64,000 bases of DNA from Hypanus sabinus (Eukaryota), in NCBI RefSeq assembly GCF_030144855.1, contig NC_082731.1, positions 28,644,001-28,708,000 of the forward strand, in the 5' to 3' direction. Under the pieces are notes generated by a model. It worked only from the letters and a program-made list of their open reading frames with translations, searched no databases and was not told the origin of the DNA. The position numbers and the translations under genes were made by a program. Below are positions 51,001-64,000 of the stretch, piece by piece (the stretch's first letter is position 1; each line of letters starts with the position of its first letter).

Positions 51001-51829
51001 GGAGCAGGTAAAGTTCTAGTCATTGCATTCCAGGAATTATGTGGATGGTTTGGAGAGGGTAAAGAGTAGATTCAGTCGAGTGTTGTTTGGATTGGAGCAT
51101 ATTTCCTGTAAGGGGAGTTTGGATAAACTTGGACTGTTTTTGCTGGAGCATTGGACACTGTGGGATGGATTGACAGAAGTATGTAAATTTATGAGGAGCA
51201 TAGATAGTCACAGACTTTTTCTAGAGTAGAAACGTCAAACGCCAGAGAGCAGAGGCTTCAGATGAGAGGGAAAAAGTATGAATGAGTTTTATCAGGCAAA
51301 ATTGTAGTCCGTATCTGGAATGTGCTGTCAGAGGATTTGATAGCAACAGATAAGACAACAAGATTGATCACTGAAGGACCAAGTGGTCCCAGCAAAACCT
51401 AAAATGGTGATGAGGTTATTTGGTGAGTAAGTGCCACTTTCCAATACTGTCAATTATGGTTCCCATCACTTTACTGAAGATTGAGTAGATGAATTGGGTC
51501 ATTATTGTCTTATTAGATTTGTCCTGTATTTTGAGAATGGACACACTGGGCAATTTTTTCCCATTTTTGTGCAGATATCTGTACCAGAGAAATTTAGTTA
51601 AAACCATGAGTATAATGGCATTGGGCCAGAGCACAAATTTCCTGCTTGCAGCGTAAATAAACACCACCTTCAATCTGAGCCAATCTCTGCTTTCTTCCCA
51701 TTGAGCCAAGATTTAAGTTTGTTTCAAGTCAGCTTTATATTGTTACTTCCCAGAGGACAGATGTCTCCATACTTGCATGGACCCCTTCTCCCTGCAGACT
51801 TTCAGTCCCATTAGTCAATCCTCTTCAGA

Positions 51830-52370
51830 ATTAGAATCAGAATTAGGTTCATTGTCATCGGTATGTGACGTGAAATTTGTTAACATAGCAGCAGCAGTTC
51901 AATACAATGCATAATATAGAAGAAAAAAATAGTAATAGTAAATAAATAAGTAAATTAATTACAATATACGTATATTGAATAGATCAAAATCATGCAAAAA
52001 ACAAATAATATATTTTAAAAAGTGAGGGAGTGTCCAAGTGTTCATTGTCCATTTAGGAATCAGATGGCAGAGGGGAAGAAGCTATTTCTGAATTGTTGGG
52101 TATGTGCCTTCAGGCTTCTGTATCTCTTACCTGATGGTAACAGTGAGAAAAGGACATGCCCTGGGTGCTGGAGGTCCTTAATCATGGATGCTGCCTTTCT
52201 GAGACACTGCTCCTTGAAGAGGCCCAAGGTACTTTGTAGGCTCATACCCAAAATGAAGCCAACTAATTTTGCAACCCTCTGCAGCTTCTTTCAATCCTGT
52301 GCAGTAGCTCCTACTTGCCCCCCCCCCCCAATACCAGACAGTGATGCAACCTACCAGAATATTCTCCACT
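51830..52370 (-). mobile_element. Rex1/Babar-type LINE 3' fragment
   Basis: MENILVGCITVWY, SLLPSGKRYRSL..FRNSFFPSAI motifs. Confidence 0.75.
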
Positions 52371-53589
52371 GAACATTTATAGTATTACAACAAATGTATT
52401 TTCAGTAATACAAGAATTGTTTAATGATATTGGCCCCTGAATCAAAAAAGTATTTCTGTGCCTTGAGCAGCGAACTTTTTCTTATTAGTAAGCTTATTTC
52501 CTCTGGAAGATTCCTTGTTCAGATTAAGTCAAGCCACATCTCCAACAGGAAGCTGAGAAGGAAATATCCCCTATATCACTGTCCAGTTTCATCCACCTGT
52601 CAAGAATGAAAATACGAAATGTGTTTCTGGTAAATCAACAGCTGCACACAGAGATTTTGTTCAAATTTATCCTGTGTACTGAGTGTCAGAAGGAGGTTGT
52701 TCAGCCCTCCAGTCTATTCCCACTTAAGCTGATATGTGTCCGAGCTCCATTTACCAACCTTGGTTCTACATATTTGAATAATTGAACTCAAACAAAATTA
52801 TATTAGTATTGAATTTTCAACTGACACCTCCCATCCCTCCCCCGAAGTGACCACTTACCAGGGAGACTTCCAGATTTCCAGTGACCTGTATATCCTGAAA
52901 TAACAGATTCTTTGTGTTATTCTTCTGTGCCTTTCTAGAATGTTTTTAAACTCCCTAATTACACTGGCCTTCAGTTTTCCACATTTCAGGGAACAAGAGA
53001 CCAGCCCTAACATTTTATCCCAGTCCCAGTAGCACTTCACTGTGCCTCATCCACACAACCCCTCTCCAAGGAAGAGACATCCTTCCTGAGGGGTGATGCC
53101 AAGAATCACAGCCAGTGCTCCAATGTGGTCTAATTTGATCTCTACTCCATTGCAGTGTAATATCCACCCCTCTGTATCCCTGTTTTCCCCATTAACTGCA
53201 GCCCATTGAGATCCTAAACTTAAATTCATCATCAGGATTAATTAGAACTCAAACCTGCCAGTGGTCTCGCATCCAAAGTAAACCTTCCACATTCCCTCTT
53301 TCTACTGGGATTCATTATTCCCTTATAGAATCTGTGTCATTTAGCTGACACAGCAGAAACAAGACCTCTTGAAACACAAGCTCACCAAACAACAACCTCT
53401 GTGACTGTGGGTAGTTTACCTCCTTATGTTTCCCACCACACCTGAGTACTTTCATGTGTATCTGCCTCGACCTACCATTGGCTTGTATTCATTACAGATT
53501 GTTTAAAACTCTTTAGACTTACAGCTGTAAGTTAAAAATCTCACAGCTCGCTATACCATTCCAGTTCCCACTGCCTCTTTGTCCCATTC

Positions 53590-54210
53590 TGAATTGAGAT
53601 ATGGGACATGGTCCACTCTACTCTTTCTTCACCCTTGACCGTGTGGCTAGGCACAGCTCAAATGCCATCTTCACATTTGTCTGCCGTTGGCAGAATCTCA
53701 GATGGTGATGAGGAGGTGTACAGAAGTCAGATAGATTGGCTGGTTGAGTGTTGTCACACCGACGACCTTCACTCAATGTCAGTCAGAATAATGAATTGAT
53801 TGGGGCCTTTGGGAAGGAAACATTGGGGGAACACACACCAGGTATCATTGAGGGATCAGCAGTGGAAAAGGTGAGCAGTTTTAAATTCCTAGCTGTTAAC
53901 TTTGCTGAAGGTCCATCCTGGGTCCAACTTATTGATGAAATGACAAAGAAAGAACATTAGAGGTTAAATTTGATTATGAGTTTGAGATGATTTGGTGTGT
54001 CACCAAATACTCTAGTAAATTTCTACAGATGTACCATGGAGAGCATTCGATGTGGTTGCATCACCGTCTGGTACAGACAGGCCACTGCACAGGGTCAGAA
54101 AAAGCTGCAGAGAGTTGCAAACTCAGCCAGCTCCATCACGGGCACCATCTTCCCCAGCATTGAGGACATCATCAAAAGGCAATGCCTCAAAAAGACACAT
54201 CCATCATGAA
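53590..54210 (+). mobile_element. Rex1/Babar-type LINE fragment
   Basis: VEKVSSFKFL, LVNFYRCTMESI..CITVWY..KKLQRV motifs. Confidence 0.75.
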
Positions 54211-54754
54211 AGACCCATATCACACATCAGAGAGTTCCTGAGAAAGAGTTTGGGATTGGGTGATGAACAGAAAAGTGAAGGGAAAATACAGAGAGAGGAA
54301 CATCCAGACAGAGTGAAGGAGGAAGTGGATAAGAGACATGAGGATGAATTGGGGGAGGAAGTGAAGAGAGGGGTGACAGAAAGAGGAAATGAGAGGAAAA
54401 TGATGTGGATATGCAGAGAGTGTGGGGGGAACAGGAGAGTGAAAGTCCCAGGAAGAGATAAAGAGAGTGGGAGAGGAACATGGGGAAGGAAAGGAAACTC
54501 AATAGATTTTGTTTCTTTCCCGTGACTCTGGTACTACACAGATTTAAATAAAACATGGCATACAGGAGCAGATTCAGACCAATTATTTTATGCCATTGTT
54601 TATTTTCCCAATGAATCTCCAGTCACTCCATCTTTGTCCAACTGGGTTAACTTTCCCTTCTGCTCCCTTTCCCCACATTTACTTCTGTGGGAGAGATCCA
54701 CAATCTCCCACTCTCTGGATAAATAATCCAAAGTGGATGATTAGTGAATATTTA

Positions 54755-57700
54755 ATAGACAATAGACAATAGGTGCAGAAGTAGACCATTCGGCCCTTCA
54801 AGCCTGCACCGCCATTTTGAGATCATGGCTGATCAATTACTATCAATACCCTGTTCCTGCCTTGTCCCCACATCCCTTGATTCCCCTATCCATAAGATAT
54901 CTATCTAGCTCCTTCTTGAAACCATCCAGAGAACTGGCCTCCACTACCTTCCGAGGCAGTGCATTCCAGACCCCCACAACTCTCTGGGATAAGAAGTTTT
55001 TCCTTAACTCTTTCCTAAATGACCTACCCCTTATTCTCAAACCATGCCCTCTGGTACTGGACTCTCCCAGCATCTGGAACATATTTCCTGCCTCTATCTT
55101 GTCCAATCCCTTAATAATCTTATATGTTTCAATCAGATCCCCTCTCAATCTCCTCAATTCCAGCGTGTACAAGTCCAGTATCTCTAACCTTTCTGCGTAA
55201 GACAGTCCAGATATCCCAGGAATTAACCTCGTGAATCTACTCTGCACTTCCTCTACAGCCAGGATGTCCTTCCTTAACCCTGGAGACCAAAACTGTACAT
55301 AATACTTCAGGTGCGGTCTCACCAGGGCTCCGTACAAATGCAAGAGGATTTCCTTGCTCTTGTACTCAATTCCCTTTGTAATAAAGGCCAACATTCCATT
55401 AGCCTTCTTCACTGCCTGCTGCATCTGCTCATTCACCTTCAGCGACTGGTGAACAAGGACTCCGAGATCTCTTTGTATTTCTCCCTTACCCAACTCTACA
55501 ACGTTCAGATAATAATCTGCCTTATTGTTCTTACTCCCAAAGCGGATAACCTCACACTTATTCACAGTAAACGCCATCTGCCATATATCTCTCCAATCAC
55601 CCAGCCTATCCAAGTCACCCTGAATTCTCCTAACATCCTCATCACATGTCACACTGCCACCCAGCTTAGAATCATCAGCAAATTTGCTGATGTTATTTTT
55701 TATGCCTTCATCCAAATTGTTAACTTAAATGGTAAACAGCTGTGGTCCCAATACTTTGCTTTCTATCTGCCAACCAGTTTTCTATCCATGTCAATGCCTC
55801 CCCCCCCCCCCCCGATGCCCTGAGCTTTGATTTTTACCCACAAATCTTCTATGTGGGACCTTATCAAATGCCTTCTGAAAATCGAGGTACACTACATCCA
55901 CTGGATCTCCCTTGTCTAACTTCCTGGTTACATCCTCGAAAAACTCCAACAGATTAGTCAAGCATGATTTACCCTTGGTAAATCCATGCTGGCTCGGCCC
56001 AATCCTATCATTGCTATCTAGATATGCCACTATTTCATCCTTAATAATGGACTCTAGCATCTTTCCCACCACCGATGTCAAGCTGACAGGTCGATAGTTC
56101 TCTGTTTTCTCCCTCCCTCCTTTTTTAAAAAGTGGGATAACATTAGCCATTCTCCAATCCTCAGGAACTGATCCTGAATCTAAGGAACATTGGGAAATGA
56201 TTACCAATGCATCCGCAATTTCCAGGGCCACGTCCTTTAGTACCCTAGGGTGCAGACCATCTGGACCTGGGGATTTGTCAGCCTTCAGTCCCATCAGTCT
56301 TCTCATCACCGTTTCCTTCCGAATGTCAATCTGTTTCATTTCCTCTGTTATCCTATGTCCTTGGCCCATCCATACATCTGGGAGATTGCTTGTGTCTTCC
56401 TTAGTGAAAACAGATCTAAAGTACTCATTAAATTCTTCTGCCATTTCTCTGTTTCCCATAATAATTTCACCCAATTCATTCTTCAAGGGCCCAACATTGT
56501 TCTTAACTATCTTCTTTCTCTTCACATACCTAAAAAAGCTTTTGCTATCTTCCTTTATATTTCTGTCTAGCTTGCGTTCGTACCTCATTTTTCTCCGTGT
56601 ATTGTCTTTTTAGTTAAGTTCTGTTGTTCCTTAAAAACTTCCCAATCATCTGTCCTCCCACTCACCTTAGCTCTATCATATTTCCTTTTTTTTAATGCTA
56701 TGCAATCTCTGACTTCCTTTGACAACCACTGTGGCCCCTTTCCCCCCTTTGAATCCTTCCTTCTCTGGGGGATGAACTGATTTTGCACATTGTGCATTAT
56801 TCCCAGGAATACCTGCCATTGCTGTTCCACTGTCTTTTCTGCTAGGTTATCCATCCAGTCAACTTTGGCCAGCTCCTCCCTCATGACTCCATAGTTTCCC
56901 CTGTTCATCTGCAACACTGACACCTCTGAGCTGCCTTTTATCCTTCTCAAATTGCAGATAAAAGCCTATCATATTGTGATCACTACCTCCTAATGGCTCC
57001 TTTACTGCGAGATCACTTATCAAATCCTGTTCATTACATAACACTAAATCCAGAATAGTCTTGTCCCTGGTCGGCTCTCGTACAAGCTGTTCCAAGAATG
57101 CATCCCGTAGGCACTCTACAAACTCCCTATCCTGTGGTCCAGCACCAACCTGATTCCCTCAGTTCACCTGCATGTTGAAATCCCCCATAACCACTGTGAC
57201 ATTAGCTTTGCCACATGCCAGTGTTAACTCCCTATTCAACTTGCACCCAATATCCATGCTCCTGTTTGGTGGCCAGTAGACAACACCCATTTGGGTCCTT
57301 TTGCCCTTACTGTTCCTCCGTTCTATCCACACAGATTCTACTTCTCCTGACCCTATGTCCCCTCTTGCAAAGGACTGAATCTCATTCCTCACCAACAGGG
57401 CCACCCCCTCTGCCCACATTTCTGTCCCTACGATAGCATGTATACCCTTGTACATTCATTTCTCAGGTCTGATCTCCCTGCAGCCATGTCTCCGTTATCC
57501 CAACAACATCATAGTTACCCATTCGCACCTGGGCTTCAAGCTCATCCGCCTTATTTCTGACACCGTGCATTCAGATATAGAATTTTTAACCCATTTCTCT
57601 TCTCTCTGTTTGAATCGCTGCCTATTGTGCTTAACCCAGCTCCCTGAACTCCCATCGGGCTATACGCCCCTGGAATTTTGTTGTCCTTCCTAAATTTACT

Positions 57701-57950
57701 TATTTTTTCAATGCATTTAACTCCATGTTCCTTCAGACCATCCCTCTATATATGAGTCCTCCTTATCACTTGTTCCGCCCCACCTTCCTCTACTGCACAC
57801 TTAATATTCTGGAATCATGTAGTCTCCACCTGTCCTTTATTCTTCCTCTTGCTATCCACTCTCACATTCTGGATCCCCGCCCCCTGCAAATTTAGTTTAA
57901 ACCCCCCCCCCCCCAAGAAGCACTAGCAAACTTCCCTGCAAGAATGTTAG
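54755..57950 (-). mobile_element. long CR1 LINE (EN-RT ORF2 in several frames, ORF1 remnant)
   Basis: ORFs 57159..57455, 56859..57095, 56585..56950, 55791..56588, 54843..55715; same subfamily and (TAGACAA)n tail as the 26870-28120 copy; about 65-bp deletion near 55752 removes the GVPQGS motif. Confidence 0.92.
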
Positions 57951-58259
57951 TACCGCTCCAGTTTTTACGATAGTTTTAATCCCCCTGAAGACTGAACCAC
58001 CTTTCTCCTCCACCCTATCAAGTATTTTTATTATCTGTGAGGTGGAAATATGCTTTACCCTTCAAGCTTCTCATGACCCTCATGACAGGGTGAATTTGAG
58101 CATCTAAACCATTCACGTATTACTAATGAGGTTAAGAATGTGTCCCTGTTTCCACAGGAAAGAGCCCGAAAGTTGAATCCAGTACATTCCAGCATCAAGG
58201 AGACAGTGTCCCTGCTGGGAGAATTTCATAGGACTGGGTAAGAGGAGAGTACAGATTGC

Positions 58260-58790
58260 TTTTTGTCCAAGTTAAAGCATAGGTTTTCATGCCTGCATTA
58301 ACCTGGGTGAAACTTCATGAAGTTTCAGTTCTGGTTGCTCCACTGTAAGAAGGATGTGGAAGCTTTGGAGAGGGCGTAAAGGACATTCATGAGCATGTTG
58401 CCTGGATTACAGAATATTAGCTGTAAGGAGAGGTTGAACAATCGTTGACTGTTTACACAGGAATGTAGGCTGAGAGGCAACCTGATAGAGGCTTATGAAA
58501 GCATCAGAGTCATCGGTAGGGTCGACAGTCAGAGTCATTTTCCAGGGTAAAATGTCATATCCAAAAGGACAGAGATTTAAGGTGAGGGGTGTAACATTCA
58601 AAGGAGATTTGTGGGTTGAATTTTTTACACAGAGAGTGATAGGTGCCTGGAATGCACTGGCAGGAGTGGTGGTGAATCAGCATGATAGTACAGTTGAGAT
58701 ACATTTGAACAAGCACATGACCATTCAGGATATGGAGAGATATGGATTCTGTGCAGATAGTTCAGTTTAGATTAATTTGGTGTAATGGCT
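58260..58790 (+). mobile_element. degenerate CR1 3' fragment (3' end continues after the solo LTR to about 59720)
   Basis: FKVRG..FKGDL..FFTQRVIGAWNAL motif. Confidence 0.75.
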
Positions 58791-58791
58791 G

Positions 58792-59663
58792 TGTTACATA
58801 CTCGTGACACATGACAGTGGAGCCCTTGTCATGTGACTGGGGTTGAAGCTGTATTGGACTTGAGGTGATGGTCTTGTGATGGTGGAATGATGTCATTTTC
58901 CCGCCAGTAGAGATCATGTGACGGGTTTTTTTTACAGGTTATAAAAGGTAGACCCCACCCTGTGAGGAGGGGCAGTTCGTGGCTGGATTTGCCAGGTTGA
59001 CTTCATGCCACTGCATGTTTTAAGAGATGACGCAGTTTAGTTGAAGGATGAAGTTTTTATTTAATGCCTAAAGTTTAAAAGGTTATTGCCAACTGATTCT
59101 TTATGATTCTGTTAGTTCGAAGAAATTAGTGGAGAGTGAAGATTCGAAGTTGGAAGTTAAAGATCGAGGAGAATCGCTTTCTACGGTGAAACGGGGGCGA
59201 CCTTTGTTTGATCCTTATTCGGAAGGATTTCGTTGACTATCTTCGTGTTAATCCCTAGGATTACCTAGAAAGGATTGAAGGTAGTGGAGAAGGAAAGGTC
59301 AGTGCCTTTAAGCCGTTCTATTTCGTGAATTCTTCGTGGGAAGTTCGACGTCGGGGATCGAAGCAAGCGACGTGAAAGAGAACCTAAATCGTCTTATAAA
59401 GTCTCTCCTTTTAAATGGACTGTGAGCATATCGAACTTTTGGCAATACCACTTTAAAGAACTGTTTTGGAATACCACTTTAAGGAACTGTTTTGGAATAT
59501 CACTTTACGAACTGTTTGAACAGCCACTCAGCAGCTGTTTCCGGTTACGGTAGTGTTTGTTTACTTTTGGGGGGGGTTTGTTTTCTGTGTTTAATAAACG
59601 TGTTGTTTGCTATAAGAAACCCTTGCCGAACTCATATATTTATTGTTGCCTGAATACGTAACA
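58792..59663 (+). mobile_element. solo LTR (872 bp)
   Basis: TGTTAC...GTAACA termini, 4-bp TSD GCTG, internal TATAAAA and AATAAA; inserted in the 3' end of a CR1 fragment. Confidence 0.85.
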
Positions 59664-60903
59664 GCTGTCACAGTCATCATGGGCTGAAGGGCCTGTTCCT
59701 GTGCTGTACTGTTCTGTGTTGTAGGTTTACTTGAAGCTCAGTAACTATTTGTTATTAATAGCTGACAGATGTCTGAAACTCTGCGATAACATTAACACTC
59801 AGTCCTTACACTTCCTCTCCGGTTTCACAGGCAGGTTTAATTTGAACAGGGGGCCCTCCCAGTGGAGCTGTGTTACTAAAAAGAATAAACACACTGCTTT
59901 ACATATAGAAATACAATTCTAACTTTGTGCTTTGCACAAACCAACAGGTTCATGTTTATCACACAGAATGAGACAAAATGAATCAAAACAAAAGGGGAAA
60001 AGATGCAGAGAGAACAAGACCCTCTCCTCATAACAGAGCATTTGCCATGTGTCAGAAACAGGCTCACTGTAATGATGATTGACTGTTACTGATTGTTTTA
60101 TTCATTATGTTATGGGAGTGAGCAGTTCAAATGTATGTACACCTGCATTTTATGTTCTGAAGCAGTTGGGAGAGTGTCACCAACTACTTAAAGTGTGTTT
60201 GCTCAAACTGTGCACAAAGGTCCATCTTGGTGATCAGATAATTGTGAATTGTCATCAATAAAGTGAACAAGAAGGAGAAACTAAAAGATGCCACAGATTG
60301 CCTTGTCAACATTACAGAATTACTGTGTGACATGCTGGAGCTGATGTTTGTTGATCAGAACGATTGCTGCCCACTGAATCACATTTAGACTGAAAAGCAA
60401 GACAGACCACAATCACTATGGATCCCAGTGGGAGCTGGGGGTTATCATTGGCCTGGAAGCTCTCAGACTCTGAAGATCAAGGATAACAAACTTGCATATT
60501 CAGAAAGAATCAATAACCTGTCATTGAAAGGTTGTGAGCTGATGAGTTCTGCAAGTATAGATATCTACCAAACCATTTTTCCTGGCATCTGGATAGCAAA
60601 ATGTGTAGATTTATTCCTGTATGTTTGATCTTTGTGTTCACGTTGAATAAAATAACATGACCTGAACTGGATTTGAGTCTTTTTAAACTCTGAACCAATT
60701 CTGGTAAAGACAGATTGATAGATCTTATAAACTGCAAATAACGGTCCTGAAGGTACTGGGATGGTACTACTTTATTATCTTCATTGTATCTCCTGGAAAC
60801 TACCAGCTTCAGTGGTAGGCATCACATTGCTCGAATAGAGACTATCTTATTGGTTAATGTAAGCAATGGAATTTAAATGGAATGTCTGCTACCAGTATTC
60901 AGC

Positions 60904-62839
60904 ATTGCAAATGTCATTCCACTTTTTTAGAGGGAATGGAAGCAAAAGAAAGGAAATTATGGGCTAGATGGTTAATAGTTAGTGCAGACACAGCAGTTAA
61001 TGGTTAGTGTAGACTCAGTGGTTAATGGTTAGTACAGACCAGTGACTAATGTTTAGTACAGACTCAGTGTGATGATGGGCCTGTCTCTGTGCTGTATCTC
61101 TCTATCTGTACAGGAAACAGTACAGACCGAGTACGGAAGCCATTGTAAGTGTTCCCAGGACTAACCATCAAAAGAGGTAAGTGTGACCCCACTGTAATCT
61201 GAAGGGGAATGCAGACCTGAATCACCAGTGATTACTGTTCTTTCCCAGACACAGCCTGTCTCACTGTTTTCTGATTTTATTTTCTACGCTCTTGCACATT
61301 CTAATAGAAAATGTGACTTCCTCAGGACTCAGCCCCCGTTCATCATCAAGAACTTTTGTGGCTCATTTGTGGACATGGTTGGTCTGCAATGCAAAATAAT
61401 TGGACAATTTTACCCAAAAGCAACCACTTGCATTTACAGTGTGGCTTTAATATAGGAAATCATCAGAAGGTGTTTCACAGGAGCATAAATCAGATGTCAG
61501 GACCCAACACAAGTTTAAGTTTTGATTAATGAATCCATCAGACAGGCTGGGGAACCCAGCATTTGGGACAACATGGTCGTGTAGTGGTTAGCAGAATGTT
61601 TTACAGTGTGAGTGACCTGGGGTTCAATTCCTGTCGCTGCCTGTAATGAATTTGTAATTTCTCCCTGAGAATGTGTGAGTTTCCACTGGGTACTCCGGTT
61701 TCCTCTCAGTCTAAAGTACCTCTGTTTGTACTTTAACTGGTCACAGTAAATTGTCCTGTGATGAGACGAGGATTAAATCGGAATTCCTGGGCAGTGTGGC
61801 TCGTAGGGCCAGAAGGGCCTATTCCATGCTGTGTGCCAATAAAGAAATGAATTAAATAATTTACATGGACTTTACTGATTTTTCCCATGAGTTCATTCTA
61901 AAATTATTCCTGAGTTTCCTCTCACCCTCCTCCATATGGGAGTCCAGTCCTACTGTCAATTACTCTGTCTGAGGAGCTTCCTCAACAAAGTCCACAGATT
62001 CATTCTAGTGAATTTAAACCTGCAGTCTGTGTCTTTCTCTTCCTCTTTAATTTAAATCCATCTTATGGATGTCATTTCCATTCCCTTCACTCTTCCATCA
62101 CTCTGTGTCAGACGTCTCAGTGAGTCAGTAAATTGTGGTGCAAACCATTTCAGCACATCATCCCGTTGGACTGAGGCATTGCTTCCAGATTCCTCCTCTG
62201 ACCAGACACTTCCTCACCTGCCATCCACTCTCCTTCTATGACCTGACATCTGATTTATGCTCCTGTGAAACACCTTCTGATGATTTCCTATATTAAATCC
62301 ACACTGTAAATGCAAGTGGTTGCTTTTGGGTAAAATTGTCCAATTATTTTGCATTGCAGACCAACCATGTCCACAAATGAGCCACAAAAGTTCTTGATGA
62401 TGAACGGGGGCTGAGTCCTGAGGAAGTCACATTTTCTATTAGAATGTGCAAGAGCGTAGAAAATAACATCAGAAAACAGTGAGACAGGCTGTGTCTGGGA
62501 AAGAACAGTAATCACTGGTGATTCAGGTCTGCATTCCCCTTCAGATTACAGTGGGGTCACACTTACCTCTTTTGATGGTTAGTCCTGGGAACACTTACAA
62601 TGGCTTCCGTACTCGGTCTGTACTGTTTCCTGTACAGATAGAGAGATACAGCACAGAGACAGGCCTATCATCACACTGAGTCTGTACTAAACATTAGTCA
62701 CTGGTCTGTACTAACCATTAACCACTGAGTCTACACTAACCATTAACTGCTGTGTCTGCACTAACTATTAACCATCTTGCCCATAATTTCCTTTCTTTTG
62801 CTTCCATTCCCTCTAAAAAAGTGGAATGACATTTGCAAT
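60904..62839. repeat. inverted duplication: arms 60904-61501 and 62242-62839 (598 bp each), 740-bp spacer
   Basis: Arms are reverse complements with about 4 mismatches seen; mirrored ORFs 61228..61455(+) and 62288..62515(-). Confidence 0.95.
61570..61855 (+). mobile_element. tRNA-derived (V-SINE-like) element in the spacer of the inverted duplication
   Basis: A box gtagtggttag, B box ggttcaattcc, ctccggtttcctc core, AATAAA tail. Confidence 0.7.
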
Positions 62840-64000
62840 TTTCCAGTCCTCTGGAACCATTTCAGAATTTAGTGATTGTTGAAAGGTCATTCCTAATGCC
62901 TCCAGTCTCTTCAGCTCCCTCTTTCAGAGCCCTGAGGTGTCATCCATCAAGTCCAGGTGACTTAAGTTCTTCAGACTTTTCAGCATCTTCTCCTTAGTAA
63001 TTGAAATGACAATCACTTCTGCCCCCAAACACTTTGCTTTTCTGGCATTCTGCTGTTGTGTTCCACAGTGAAGTCTGACACAAAACACTTACTAAGTTCG
63101 CCTGCCATTTCTTTGTCTCACCTTGTTACCTCTCCAGTGTAATTTTTCTGTGGCCTGATAGCCACTCTGGTCTCTCACTTACTTGATATATATCTGAAAA
63201 AATCTTTTGGCATCCTCTTTAATATTATTGGCTAGCTTACCTTCATATTTCACCTCTTTTCTCTTTATGTCTTTTTTTAGTTGCCTTCAAGTTAAATTCA
63301 AGTTTATTATCATTCAACCAGGCGTGAATGCCCATCAATACAGACAAACAATGCAGTGTTTCTCCAGGACCAAGGTGCAAAACGTTGCACCAACAGTCAT
63401 GCACAGCACAAACTACATATAGCAGATGCCAGATAGCAAGCCTTCTGTTGGTTTTTGTTATATCATATGCCCTCTCTTTTTCTTTGTGCGGTCTTTAACT
63501 TGATTTGATTTCATTTTTTACCAACAGAGCCACCTCATCCCCTCTGCCTACCTGCCTATCCTTTCGATACTATGTGCATCTTTGGATGTTAAGCTCCCAG
63601 CTATGATCTTCTTTCAGCCACGACTCAGTGATGCTCAGAGCGTCATACCTGCAAATCTCTAACTGCGCTACAAGACCTTATTCAATATACTGTGTGCATT
63701 CCAATATAACACCTTCAGTCCTGTAACACTTGCCAAAATAGCTTTAACCATCCCAAATAGCTCTAGCAAACCTGTCTGCAAGGATATTGCTCCCCTTGGG
63801 TTCTGGTGTAACCTGTCCTTTTTGTACAGGTCATATATTGCCCAGAAGAGATCACGATGGTCTAGAAATCTGAATCACTGCCACTGCACCAATTCTTCTG
63901 TCATACAATCAACTGCCAAGTCATCCAATTCTTAGCCTCATTGGTACATGGCACAAGCAGCAATCTGGAGATTACTACCCTGGAAGTCCAGTTCTTCAGC
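62840..64000 (-). mobile_element. degenerate CR1 LINE fragment
   Basis: DWKIANVIPLF-type motif and EN/ORF1 remnants homologous to other CR1 copies in the window. Confidence 0.75.

Noticed and set aside
54230-54500. Glu/Arg-rich and hydrophobic ORFs (54052..54525, 54227..54556)
   Set aside because: Translation of a purine-rich low-complexity tract

Overview
Vertebrate genomic DNA from a cartilaginous fish (shark/ray/skate type; species not determinable from sequence). The window holds one immunoglobulin heavy-chain mini-cluster of the IgW (omega) class on the minus strand, embedded in dense retroelement debris (CR1, RTE, Rex1/Babar and I/Nimb-type LINEs, tRNA-derived SINEs, one two-LTR Gypsy/Gmr1-like element, two solo LTRs). 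Gene order read manually: TATA - leader - VH - (10 nt + 12-RSS) - 23-RSS/JH - CH1 - CH2 - CH3 - CH4 - CH5 - CH6 with secretory tailpiece and polyA - a second, pseudogenised CH3-like/CH4-like exon pair - TM1 - candidate TM2 about 17 kb further on. The main exons have intact AG/GT phase-1 boundaries and open frames. Most notable: (1) the VH appears already joined to D in the germline, leaving a single D-to-J rearrangement; (2) an extra C-domain pair lies between the secretory terminus and the TM exon and is destroyed by a LINE insertion, a stop and a frameshift; (3) candidate interspersed secretory-tail exons; (4) a 43-bp G-rich minisatellite in the J-C intron; (5) a near-perfect 598-bp inverted duplication upstream of the cluster. 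All coordinates were read by hand; repeat boundaries are approximate and no database search was run.
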